NCBI RefSeq assembly: GCF_011745625.1
Contig: NW_027191463.1
Location: 310,001-374,000, forward strand
Length of the DNA: 64,000 bases
Reading direction: 5' to 3'
Source: Cladosporium halotolerans
Lineage: Eukaryota
Both the position numbers and the translations under genes were made by a program. This document shows positions 14,052-24,790 of the stretch, in pieces. The stretch's first letter is position 1; every line of letters begins with the position of its first letter. The notes under the pieces are model-generated. The model was not told where the DNA came from and searched no databases. It worked only from the letters and a program-made list of their open reading frames with translations.

Positions 14052-15662
14052 ATGGCCCCTCACGCTGAAGGTGCAACTGGCTTCGAAAGCAGCGTTGGCA
14101 CGACTGTGCACAACACCACTGACTCCAAGCCGGAGCTCTTCACCGTTCAATCCCCCAACGTCCAGTACACGGACTCCGACATCACCAGCAAGTACACTTA
14201 CCGTACCACCGAGGTCAATGTGACCGACGGCAAGTATGTCGCCTCTCCTAAGGAGACCCTCTACGACTTCAAGACGGAGCGCAAGGTCGGCAAGGTCGGC
14301 CTCATGCTTGTCGGTCTTGGTGGCAACAACGGTACTACTGTCACCGCTGGTATCCTTGCCAACCGTCAGGGCTTGAGCTGGGACACCCGCGAGGGTCCTC
14401 GCGCCGCCAACTACTATGGCTCTGTCGTCATGTCGTCCACTGTCAAGCTGGGCACTGATGCAAAGACCGGCCGCGAGGTCAACGTGCCTCTTCACGACAT
14501 GCTCCCTATGGTCCACCCGAACGACCTCGCCATCGGCGGCTGGGACATCAGCGGTATGGACCTCGCCTCCGCCATGGACCGTGCCAAGGTCCTCGAGCCG
14601 ACCCTGAAGGGCCTCGTCAAGAAGCAGATGGCTACCATCAAGCCCTTGCCCAGCATCTACTACCCAGACTTCATTGCTGCCAACCAGGAAGACCGTGCAG
14701 ACAACGTCGTCCCTGGCTCCAAGGCCAGCTTGGAGCACGTCGAGCACCTCCGCAAAGACATCCGGGACTTCAAGTCTGCCAACGGCCTCGACAAGGTCAT
14801 CGTTCTCTGGACTGCCAACACGGAGCGTTACGCGGACATCATTCCCGGCGTCAATGACACCGCTGAGAACCTGATGCACTCCATCGAGATCGGTCACGAG
14901 GAGGTCTCTCCCAGCACCGTCTTCGCCGTCGCCTGCATCAAGGAGAACGCGCCTTTCATCAACGGCTCTCCCCAGAACACCTTCGTCCCTGGCTGCATCG
15001 AGCTTGCCGAGCAGCACAAGGCCTTCATTGGCGGCGACGACTTCAAATCTGGTCAGACCAAGATGAAGTCCGCCCTCGTTGATTTCATGATCAACGCCGG
15101 CATCAAGCTGACCTCGATCGCCTCCTACAACCACCTCGGCAACAACGACGGCAAGAACCTGTCCTCGCAGAAGCAGTTCCGCAGCAAGGAGATCTCGAAG
15201 TCCAACGTCGTCGACGACATGGTCGCCGCCAACACAACCCTCTACAAGGAAGGCGAGCACCCAGACCACACCGTCGTCATCAAGTACATGCCGGCTGTGG
15301 GCGACAACAAGCGCGCGCTCGACGAGTACTACGCCGAGATCTTCCTCGGCGGCCACCAGACCATCTCGCTCTTCAACGTCTGCGAGGACTCCCTGCTCGC
15401 CGCCCCGCTGATCATCGACCTCGTCGTCGTCGCCGAGATGATGACCAGGATCTCCTGGCGCGCGCACGGCGCGGGTGAGTGGAAGGGTTTCCACTCCGTG
15501 CTGAGCGTGCTGAGCTACATGCTCAAGGCGCCGCTGACCCCGCCGGGCACGCCCGTTGTTAATGCGCTTGCGAAGCAGAGGAGTGCTCTGGTTAATGTGC
15601 TGAGGGCTTGTGTTGGGTTGGAGCCGGAGAACGACATGACGCTTGAGCACAAGCTGTTCTAG
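14052..15662 (+). CDS. INO1: Inositol-3-phosphate synthase
   Basis: [37 protein letters not shown] and [10 protein letters not shown] motifs; strong C-ending codon bias; starts MAPHA. Confidence 0.98.
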   Translation: MAPHAEGATGFESSVGTTVHNTTDSKPELFTVQSPNVQYTDSDITSKYTYRTTEVNVTDGKYVASPKETLYDFKTERKVGKVGLMLVGLGGNNGTTVTAGILANRQGLSWDTREGPRAANYYGSVVMSSTVKLGTDAKTGREVNVPLHDMLPMVHPNDLAIGGWDISGMDLASAMDRAKVLEPTLKGLVKKQMATIKPLPSIYYPDFIAANQEDRADNVVPGSKASLEHVEHLRKDIRDFKSANGLDKVIVLWTANTERYADIIPGVNDTAENLMHSIEIGHEEVSPSTVFAVACIKENAPFINGSPQNTFVPGCIELAEQHKAFIGGDDFKSGQTKMKSALVDFMINAGIKLTSIASYNHLGNNDGKNLSSQKQFRSKEISKSNVVDDMVAANTTLYKEGEHPDHTVVIKYMPAVGDNKRALDEYYAEIFLGGHQTISLFNVCEDSLLAAPLIIDLVVVAEMMTRISWRAHGAGEWKGFHSVLSVLSYMLKAPLTPPGTPVVNALAKQRSALVNVLRACVGLEPENDMTLEHKLF

Positions 15663-17388
15663 ATGAGATAATTGAAGATGACTTTTAAGTATACAGGTGT
15701 GGCACAAAGCGCAGATGACTTTTCTTTTTACAAAATATCTTTTTCTCTTGCATCACATTAGCACAGCAAAAAACAGGTGACCCTATACCTCACGGAAAGT
15801 CCTTCCATGTCGTGCCTCAGGTATCCTCACGAACGTTACAGCCATCCTTCAACATCAACATCTATCTGCTTCTGCCTGGACCCACAATCGAATCCCATCA
15901 CGAGATAATGCGCAGTCTCGCACAATCGAAAACAACGTCCGCGTACCGGCCTCAGCTTCGCGCAGCTGCATCGTGGCGGGGCTTGCATGCTCAAGAACCA
16001 CGGATCGCGGCAATGCGCGTGATGACCTGCCTTGACGACCTCAGGCGCTCTGGGTTTTAGGGTCCACTCGCCGGTCTTGCGCCTTGCGGCAAAGCTCAGC
16101 CTTGCTGTCGGTACTTGCGGGATACATCTATCTCTGGACTTCTCTTCAGGCTGGCCGGCTCGCTCTCCTCCCTTTATCAGACCACGCTGTCGTCCCCTTC
16201 GGTCGAAGCGTCACTGCGATCTTGTGAGATGGTGTGAAGAGCGCATGGCGCAAGAGTTACATGACAATGCGACTTTGGCCAATCTCGGTCCTCAATGACG
16301 CAAACTCCGCCATTCCAGCACGGGTGTCACGCGCTGTACTTACATCTTTCCCATACGAGGCTCAGCCTTCGAGGTTTGCCTTGCGTCGTAGGCAACCAAC
16401 TTTGCCATTGCACGTGAAGAACATGCTCCTTCCGCACACGGGCCGAGCGGGTTTCCGTCGTGGCCCAGGCGTTCTACGGCCTTGCCTGAGGGTCGATCGA
16501 CACACACTTCTTCTCATGTATCACGTCCGCAGGCAGAAGGAATGGAAGCAGGCGGGTACGCGAAACACTATGCAGCTTGAAGGAAAGACCACAAGCGTCG
16601 TCAAGCTCATGAAGGCTCTCGGACGATCGGATGAAGCTGTATCTTTGCTCGAAGGCAACTTTCATGCAGGTAGGAGAACGCCAAACATGTGTTTGGCGTC
16701 ATGCGCTTGAAGCCTTCAGATGCTTTGGTCTGGAGCCCAGCTGTCACAAGTCAGCCTTGCGCCATCATCATGTTGGAAATCGGCTCAGCCTGGCCGAGAC
16801 GGTACCTTGAGGATACTTCGGTCTGTACCATCCGTTTTGTGACGAGTTGTGTTCGCCTATGCCTTTTCGTCTAAGGTCAAGAGTACTCAAGATGACTTTC
16901 TTTCGATAGCTTCTCTAGAATAGGCCTGGACAGAACAATGGCCTTCGCGCAGCGTCATGCATCGTTTGTGGTCTCTTGACTGAATGACTCGGCCACACTC
17001 ACTTCATAGGTAGGATCCTGCAAGGAAAGAATTGACTTTCAGCATCTCGACTCCGGCCTTCCCGGCTGGAGTATCAACACAGCCCGTTCCGATACCTTGG
17101 GAAGGCCCATATGAACCGTCACGCCACCGCGTCAGTGTCCAGTACGTATCGATACTGAAGAGTAGTTTGAGGGTAGCCTGAAATGTGGCTGGTTCTGTCA
17201 CAAGCTGCATGAGGTACCAGCGGATATGAAAAGGGCGCGCAAAGCCTCCACCATCTGCTCTTAAAGGGGATCAAGACAGCCTTCTCAGTAACAGAATGGG
17301 TCTTCTTTTCCATCTCTCCGGCTCAGGCGATAACGATAATAATTCCAAAAGAACAGAAGATAAACAGCTCTCCAGCCCCGAAAGCACC

Positions 17389-18122
17389 ATGAGCCGAATG
17401 AACGCCAACGATCAACACGTAGAGCAGCACGATTCGCACGGCACGTTCAAGAACCTCGACGGCTTCATCGAGAAGGCCGACGCGCGCGACAAACCCAAGT
17501 ATGAGCAGTACAAGCGCGTCCACCTCGAAAACCCCTCGCGGCTCGATATCATCCACATCATACACCACGGCGCCAACCAGGCTCCAATCAACACAAGCAT
17601 CCACCAAAAAGTGCTCCTCGTCATCCAGAAATCGGACTACGGCCTGACGTGCGTCCCTTTCTGCCGCCACGACGGCGACCGCCAGGCCGAGATCGGGGAG
17701 CGGCACTGGGACGTCGTGCAGGACAACACTCCAGCAGACGAGCCGAGATCAAAGACCATGCATTCGAGGACAGTGAGTCGTTGGTCGTTTCACTGAGAGG
17801 TGGTCGGAAGCTAGACGACGGGGTTACCGTCGACATGAGGGGATTCAGGGACGTCGAGTATGATGATCGGGTGCGCGTCCAGGTCATCGGCCATGTCCCT
17901 GATACAGATTGGGCAGGCACGGCCGACAGGCTGATGGTTCTCACGACCTCCTGGATGATCAAGCTGAAGAACGGGGGGAAGTGGCCCACGCCGCCTACTA
18001 CAGTGGTTGACGATGTCTCGACGACGAATACGGAACCGACTCCGCCACTGCCGCCGAAGATCGTCAGGGTGGCGAAGCCGCCCAATGCATGGGTGAGGCC
18101 GTCGCAGAAGAAGCGACACTAG
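17389..18122 (+). pseudogene. Hypothetical protein (DUF6590-like) split across two frames; frameshifted pseudogene, sequence error or very short intron
   Basis: Frame 1 (KVLLVIQKSDYGLTCVPFCRH...HWDVV) continues in another frame (LVVSL...VDMRGFRDVEYDDRVRVQVIGHV) after about 17720-17810. Confidence 0.5.
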
Positions 18123-18374
18123 GTGCGGATGAAGTACTGAGGCTATTGTCAAGAAATTTTTTCTTCGAAGCCTTCCACGAAGGATCATGATCCTGTTAAT
18201 ACCCCTTTCGCGTTTTGCCCTTCTTCTCAGGATGTCAATTGGAAGCTCGTACTATCATATAGACTTTGCGTTGATCGTTCATAGAGGCCAGGCCAATTGA
18301 TGCAATCACCAGATATGTCTGCTGTCATCACACACACTGCTCGTCTAACAGCAATCTCTCTTCCCATACTACTT

Positions 18375-19708
18375 CTACAACTTCGACAGCATAACCTGCA
18401 TCCCCGCCCAAATCTCCTCGCAATTCGGCAGGATCTGCTCAGGCGGCAGAATAAAGCCATAATTGCCCGTATCCCTCAGCTCAAAAGCCATCGACCACTC
18501 CGCGCCCGAAATATCATAGGCGTAATCCGAACTACCGCCATTCGTAGCGTAGATCGTCTGGCACGTCGGCCCGTACACGTACTCTGTCCCGTAGACGCTC
18601 TCGATCGCCTCGGCCGTCGCAGCCATGAGGTCGACGTGCTCCTCGTTTGTTTCGGCAATGGCCTCGCAGCTGTAGCCGTACGGGCTGAGGATCAGCTGCG
18701 AATAGCTGTGCCAGTCGATGAAGAGCTTCAGGCCGTGCTTGGCCGCCAGCTTGTCGGCGAAGTGCTGCATGCCGGACATTTCTGGCTCGGAGCCGGGCGA
18801 GGGGCCGCGGTAGGTGAGCGAGCAGGAGTTGTTCGACGAGCCGGGCCCGACCCACTCGTGCGGCCAGTTGCGGTTGAGGTCGACGCCCCAGCAGGTGTGG
18901 GAGGTGTTGGCGCCGGGGGCGGGCGGGGTGCGGTTCTTGCGCCAGAGGCGGTCCTGCGTCTGCGTGTAGACGAAGCCGTCGGGGTTGACGACGGGCATGA
19001 GGTAGAAGTCGTAGGCGTCGAGGAAGGCCCTGATGGCGGGGTCTTTCTTCTTGTAGCCGTCGATCAGCTGGTAGGCGAGGTACTCGACGGTCATGGTCGT
19101 GATCCACTCGCGGGCGTGGACGGTCCCGTGCCAGAGGATGGCGGTGTTCTTGCCCCTGCCGCGCTTGCCCCAGAGGTGGATGCCCTTTTGGCCACGGCCT
19201 TCGTAGGAGTGGCCGGCGGTGAAGACTTCGGAGTTTTTGGGGAAGGCGCTGGAGAGATCGTCGAGGTACTCGAGGTGCTCGTCGTAGAAGTGGTAGCCGT
19301 CGTACCATGAGATGTCAGGGAGGTCTTTCGGCTTCTTCTTGCCTGGATCGATTGTCAGCCATGCCATCGTCACAAAGAATGTCCGTACTCACCCTTCTTG
19401 TAACTACTCGGCCTCCCCTCATCGGCAATATCCTTCCCCAGATCACTATGCAACTCCTTGACCTCAACACCCATACTCTTCAACTTCTTCGCCTGGTCCG
19501 CCGGAAGCGAGAAGTCAATATGCTTCGAAGCATCATGACTCCACTCTTCATAGTCAAACCCAGACAGCATCTCCTTCACCCTCTCCAGCTCGCCGCCAGT
19601 CTCCATGCGAAGCACCTTATAGCCCTCATACCTAGCAGCCCGGGGCTCGAGATGCGGCGCCGCAGCGGCCAGAGAGACGAGCAGGGCGCTCAATACAGCG
19701 TTCTTCAT
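18375..19708 (-). CDS. Secreted zinc carboxypeptidase, M14A family; intron 19343-19392
   Basis: Signal peptide MKNAVLSALLVSLAAA and a propeptide. HAREW, NPDG, RLWRKNR, GVDLNRNW, DWHSYSQ and FELRD motifs are present. Confidence 0.95.
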
Positions 19709-20391
19709 ATCGTGCGATTGTTAAAGACGTACAAGACCAGACGCAATCGCCTGCTCGAAATCACCGAATCTTCCGCCCCGTCAGTAAGCATCCTTATATA
19801 CATACCTCCATCCCCACATCATCCCACTCGCGCTCCATCTCCCCAAAGCAGCAGGTGTCATGCTCCCTCTTGGCTCCAAGCAGCTGACGTCTTCGCAGCG
19901 CAGGAAAGCGCTTCAGAGCGTAGAGATGATAACGACCCCTCGCGGGGACACAGGCTCCTTCCTGATCCGCGATAGCAGGCGGCATTGGCGCTGCGTGGTC
20001 CAAGACTTTTAGAGAGCGTCGTGAAAGTCGCGATCGGCGGGGCTGGGGGTTGGCGTTCGCCAAGGGTAGGGTGCGGGGACGGGTGAGCAATATAGCGGCA
20101 GGTACCTGGCGCATGCGCGAATAGAGTAGGTAGCTTGATAGCGCGCGCAGATGACGTTGATTAGCTTGTCTTGCTGATACGTGCAGGATGTCATGGCTGG
20201 CTGTTAGAGTACGTCGGGCTTTTTGCGAGAGGACAGTGGGATGTTGGATGTGTTTGACATAATTCCTGATGCTACACCGTCTTGGTTGGAGCTGCTGAGT
20301 TCACTTCCGATCGCTGTCGAACAATGGCTCGAATACAAAAGCTCCAACCAATCAATTAAGCCCGCAATTGCCCCCGAATCGATGTGCCCCA

Positions 20392-23300
20392 TCAAACAAC
20401 ACTATACCTTCCACCAGCCTGCGGCTTACTCGACTCGCCCTCGAGCGCAGCAATCGTGCCCTCCTTCAGCAATCTGACCAGCTCCGCCATCGAGTCCTCA
20501 ACGATAATCTTCGTGGGGCCCTCGACCAAAATGTACAGCTTGGGCAGCTCGCCCTCGCCGGGCACCTTGGGCGGCGCGTAGTAGTTGCCCTTGGTGGTGA
20601 TGGAGACCTGGGCGGTGTCGAGGATCTTGGAGGTGTTGGTGCGGTTGGTGACGGCCCAGCGGGCGCGCTGGGGGAAATCGTTGATCTCGAGGGTGGCGTG
20701 GAAGGCACCGGCGTCGGGGCCGTGGTTGTCGACGTGCTGGCCGGGGCGGGCGGCGCCTGGGAGGGGTGTTATCTCAATGTATCTAGATAGGAACTTTGGT
20801 TTCGACTTACTCTTGTTTCCGCCGACGCGGTTCGTGATGTTCATGGCGGCTTGACGGGCAGCCTCCATGGGGTCGAGAGCCTTGGGGCGTCCGCCAGCTT
20901 TCTGGCCATCGTTAGCGGCCGGCGGCGGCGTCTCGGCCTTCTGTACGTTCATGGCGTTCTTCAGAATGGCAGCAAGTTGAGCAGGGAGCAAAGACTCGGT
21001 TGACTCTTTAGGCTTGCCCGAGGCATCCTCTCCGCCCTCCTTCTTCGCCTCGCCCGCGTCTTCCTCCTCGGGCTGGTCTTCGGTGCGGTACTGTTTGCGG
21101 ATACGAGCTTCGTCAGCCTGGCGAGCGGCGTCCAAGCGCTCGATACCTTTGCCGCCGAAGCCGCCACCGTACTTCTTCGCTTCACCGCTTTCGACTTTCT
21201 TGTTGAACTTCTCCGCCATAGTCTTCAGATCCTCGGGCACTTCCTGGTTGCTGTCGGTTAAAGACTTAGCCAAGAAAGCGGCAAAGCGCTCCTGATCCGG
21301 CATAACGAAGGTAACTGCTGTGCCTGTATTTCCCGCACGACCTGTGCGACCACAGCGGTGAACATAATCCTCGTTGTGGTTCGGGCAATCAAAGTTGACA
21401 ACCAGACGAAGCTGCTTAACGTCAAGGCCTCTCGCAGCAACAGAGGTAGCAATCATGATAGGAAAGATACCCTGCTTGAAGTTCTGAATAGCCTCGTCGC
21501 GGTCGATTTGCTCGCGCCCTCCGTGGATAGAAACAGAAGCGTAGCCTTTTTTGCTGAGCTCCTTGAACAAAATGTCGGCAGTCTCCTGTCTTTCCACGAA
21601 CACCAAACAACGTACGTCGTCATCTTGCACGAACATCTCGCCTAGCAATTGCAGGAGACGGTTAAAGCGGGTGTTAGCCTCTCTAACCTCCACGACTTGC
21701 GTGATCTCTGAAGCCACCACGCTCTTACCACCGACGAGGATCTCAACGGGGTTTCGAAGAGCCTTGCGCGCCATAGCCTCCATCTTGGGCGGGAAGGTGG
21801 CTGAGAAAAGGATTGTCTGTCGATCGGGTCGGATGTTCATGAGAATCTTGGTGATCTGTGGCTCGAAACCCATATCAAACATGCGGTCGGCCTCATCCAT
21901 CACAACGTAAGACACACGACGGAGATTGGTCACGCGACCACTGTTGGCAGAAAGAAGATCGATCATTCGGCCGGGGGTAGCCACGACAATCTCAGCACCG
22001 CGCTTCAGTTCCGCAATTTGATCCTTGATCGGGGCGCCGCCGTATGCGCAGACAGCGCGGAGGTTGAGCCCCCTCAAGAACGGTTTACAATCGCGGTGGA
22101 TTTGTACTGCAAGCTCGCGAGTAGGGGCCATTATCAAACCAATCGGGCCATCGAGGGTCGCGAGAGGGGGCTGGTCCTTGATGTGACGGAACATTGGAAG
22201 AACAAAAGCCATGGTCTTTCCGGATCCAGTTTTGGCCACTCCGATAGTGTCCCGGCCGGACATGATTGCAGGTAGAGCCTGTGCCTGGATAGAACTTGGA
22301 ATACTGAAGTTCAGCTGGTTGATGATCTGCATAATATGCGCACCAAAACCGCCTTGTGCAAACTTCTGAATCGGCCTGGGTGGGTTCTTGCCTTTAACTG
22401 TGATGTTGTCGAGGTCGGCTCGCAACTCTTCGATGTCCTCATCGGTCATCTCCGATATCTCGATGGGCTCGTTGTAGAAGTTCTTGCGGAAGGGCTGGTA
22501 GTTCATCTTTGCATGATCTACCTGAATGAAGTCTTTCTTTTTAGTCTTCTTCATCATGGCAGCAATATCATCAGAAGCAGAACCAATGGCATCAAGGTCG
22601 CCCTCATCGTCACCATTAAAGACGACAGCCGCCTTTTTGCCAAACTGCACGTCGTCGAGGGGATCTGAGTCTTTGGCCGAGTCCTCGAGTGAATTCATGA
22701 AAGCGTCGAGGGGGTCAATCTCATCGTCTTCGTCGACGTCCATGGCTGAACCTGCATCCTTGGCTGTGTCAACGGATTTGGCAGCCGGATCATCGTGGTT
22801 TGCACTCCTCTCGAGCTGTAGGGCGCGTCTCTGCACAGCTTCACGATTCGCCTTGTCAGCATCGTCATTACTACGCAGATCATTGCCGTCATCATCCTCA
22901 TCTTCGGTGTTGTCGGGAATCGCATCCATCGAGACATCGACGGACGGGAGGGAGGGGAGTTTTCCTAGCTTTGGTTTTGCTGACGTTTCCCCTTCGTCCA
23001 ATGCTGACGCGGCTTTAGAGGCCTGGATTTCTGTTTTCCCGGCGACTGCTTTGTTCAATCCGAAACCAGTCACTTTGGCAGTGATTCTACCAGGCTCTGG
23101 CGTAGCACCCGAGGAGCCAACCGATCCGTTACTGGCTAAGTGCTCCGGTGCTGGGGTTGGGATGGCCACATCGCCACCGAGTGGAACATTCTTCGCATCT
23201 TCCTGCTTAGCCTTTGCCGCTCTCAGTCGTTTCTGAATTTCCTTCGGGTCTGGCTTGCTGGCAGGTTGAAGGTCGTTCGACGAAGCGTTGTTAGCGGTGG

Positions 23301-23976
23301 TGGTTGGAGGAGTAGATGCGGAAGGAGACTCTTGAGCCTTATCAGCGAGGAGTTTGGCTTTCCACGCTTCCATTTTGGCACGCCTCTCTTCCTGCTTCCT
23401 CTTCTCTTCGGCCTGCTTGTCAGCAGCAGCATTGTCCGTGTTTGCCGTAGGAGGACGAGGGGTCTGAACGGTCAGCAAGTTGCCCATTGTGCAAGAGAAA
23501 CCCTTTTGACGTACCTCGTCGCCTCTTTCACTTGTTCTCACGGTTGTCCGCCTGTCTCTGCCAGAGTCACGCGCACGATCATCACGCTTAGGTGAGTTGC
23601 TCCGCCTCGGTCGCTTCCTGTCCCGGTTATCGTAGGCATCGCGAGAGTCGCGGTAACGGTCTCTCTCATCGCGCCTGTCTCTCACCGGGCTTCTGTCGCG
23701 AGACCTCTTGCGATCTCTGGATCGGTCGCGGCGTCCATATCGTCTGTCGTCGCGGCGGTCGTCGTAGCGATCGTAAGATCTGTCGCGGCGGCGATACGAG
23801 TCGCGATCGCGCTGTTGTTTGGTTAGGTGGGGTGATCTCTTTTCGGCTGCTGGTCCTCGCGATGGACGCGAGCAATCACGCACCTCTCTGCTGCGAGACC
23901 GACGCCTGGTGCCGCGGTCATCGCGGCGATCACGCACATAGCGGTCTTCGCTTCTGCGGGATGGTGAGTACGCCAT
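20392..23976 (-). CDS. PRP5: Pre-mRNA-processing DEAD-box RNA helicase; introns 23464-23514 and 20757-20810
   Basis: RS/RD-rich N-terminus, DPLDAFM motif, AKTGSGKT, PTRELA, DEAD, SAT, HRCGRTGRAG, and a C-terminal LEINDFPQ KH-like region. Confidence 0.96.
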   Translation of the reverse strand: MAYSPSRRSEDRYVRDRRDDRGTRRRSRSREVRDCSRPSRGPAAEKRSPHLTKQQRDRDSYRRRDRSYDRYDDRRDDRRYGRRDRSRDRKRSRDRSPVRDRRDERDRYRDSRDAYDNRDRKRPRRSNSPKRDDRARDSGRDRRTTVRTSERGDEVRQKGFSCTMGNLLTVQTPRPPTANTDNAAADKQAEEKRKQEERRAKMEAWKAKLLADKAQESPSASTPPTTTANNASSNDLQPASKPDPKEIQKRLRAAKAKQEDAKNVPLGGDVAIPTPAPEHLASNGSVGSSGATPEPGRITAKVTGFGLNKAVAGKTEIQASKAASALDEGETSAKPKLGKLPSLPSVDVSMDAIPDNTEDEDDDGNDLRSNDDADKANREAVQRRALQLERSANHDDPAAKSVDTAKDAGSAMDVDEDDEIDPLDAFMNSLEDSAKDSDPLDDVQFGKKAAVVFNGDDEGDLDAIGSASDDIAAMMKKTKKKDFIQVDHAKMNYQPFRKNFYNEPIEISEMTDEDIEELRADLDNITVKGKNPPRPIQKFAQGGFGAHIMQIINQLNFSIPSSIQAQALPAIMSGRDTIGVAKTGSGKTMAFVLPMFRHIKDQPPLATLDGPIGLIMAPTRELAVQIHRDCKPFLRGLNLRAVCAYGGAPIKDQIAELKRGAEIVVATPGRMIDLLSANSGRVTNLRRVSYVVMDEADRMFDMGFEPQITKILMNIRPDRQTILFSATFPPKMEAMARKALRNPVEILVGGKSVVASEITQVVEVREANTRFNRLLQLLGEMFVQDDDVRCLVFVERQETADILFKELSKKGYASVSIHGGREQIDRDEAIQNFKQGIFPIMIATSVAARGLDVKQLRLVVNFDCPNHNEDYVHRCGRTGRAGNTGTAVTFVMPDQERFAAFLAKSLTDSNQEVPEDLKTMAEKFNKKVESGEAKKYGGGFGGKGIERLDAARQADEARIRKQYRTEDQPEEEDAGEAKKEGGEDASGKPKESTESLLPAQLAAILKNAMNVQKAETPPPAANDGQKAGGRPKALDPMEAARQAAMNITNRVGGNKSKSKPKFLSRYIEITPLPGAARPGQHVDNHGPDAGAFHATLEINDFPQRARWAVTNRTNTSKILDTAQVSITTKGNYYAPPKVPGEGELPKLYILVEGPTKIIVEDSMAELVRLLKEGTIAALEGESSKPQAGGRYSVV

Positions 23977-24790
23977 TGTTGCCGCCGCAAGTGATGGTGT
24001 CGCTGTACCAGACCGGCTGCCCGTACTCGTGTCCGCCCTGCCGTATCCTCGTTTGATGTTTGCAACTTGATGCCTCCACGCACAGCTCTTTGGCCACTGT
24101 CCAAACCCTGCACGTCCCGTTGACGAACTCCGGCACCTTTCTGTACTAACCTTGCCCCTGTGATCCTCCAGCCCTGGTTGGATGCCGTATGATTCCGCGC
24201 GACGCAGGCCGCAAATTTGCCAGAAAGGTTGTCGTCAAGGAAGGTGGGAGTTGAAGATTTGGCGCTCGAGCCTTGCAACCTTGCCCGAGGCAGCGATCCG
24301 CGTTGGTTGGCGCTAACCCTAACCCCACAGCCAAGTTGGGCCTAGCGCATCCATCAGCCATCGCGCGCTGCCACGCTTGCATTCAAGGCTGATTGTCCAG
24401 AGCGCAGGCACGTGAGGCGCTGCGTGGAATGGGGAATGCGCCTGTTCACCCTGGATGCCTGAGATGAAAAGGCACATCCGCAGCTTCTGCATGGAGGCGT
24501 CGCTCTCACACACAATTGACACTCCCGAGCGTTTCAACACCACGCGAACATGGCCGGCTCGCGTATCAGCAGGGTTCCCGTGGTTCCTTACGTAGTGCTC
24601 AGGGGCCCAAGCTCAGCTTCCCAAGCAAGCTCGAACTCTGCTCCAGCCATCGCGTCCTGCCCAAACACGACCATCAGCACGGCGGAAACACCACCTTCGC
24701 ACCCGCTTCCACCACCACCACCACCCGCCAAACCACCGCACGTCGCCGTCGCATAGACCCAACGCATACACACACCCAATCTCGCCCACA

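Noticed and set aside
8601..15662. SSK2 next to INO1 as an osmo-stress gene cluster
   Set aside because: Both are housekeeping genes; adjacency alone gives no evidence of co-regulation.
14046..15707. Long antisense ORFs over INO1 (also over SSK2, PGK, the WSC hydrolase and tartrate dehydrogenase)
   Set aside because: Expected shadows of strongly biased GC-rich codon usage; no independent motifs.
15793..15990. GGAAAGTCC...GGGGCTT resembling RNase MRP/P P4 helix halves
   Set aside because: The other conserved regions (CR-IV, CR-V ACA motif) are not present; the match is too short.
18375..18386. Carboxypeptidase ends in SKL (canonical PTS1)
   Set aside because: A clear N-terminal signal peptide and propeptide would route it to the ER co-translationally; likely coincidental.
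23977..24790. Telomerase RNA candidate because of the CTAACCCTAACC template-like motif
   Set aside because: Only about 0.8 kb of divergent promoter is available, whereas filamentous-fungal TERs are about 2 kb. No pseudoknot or P6.1 stem could be supported. The same applies to the motif near 47235.
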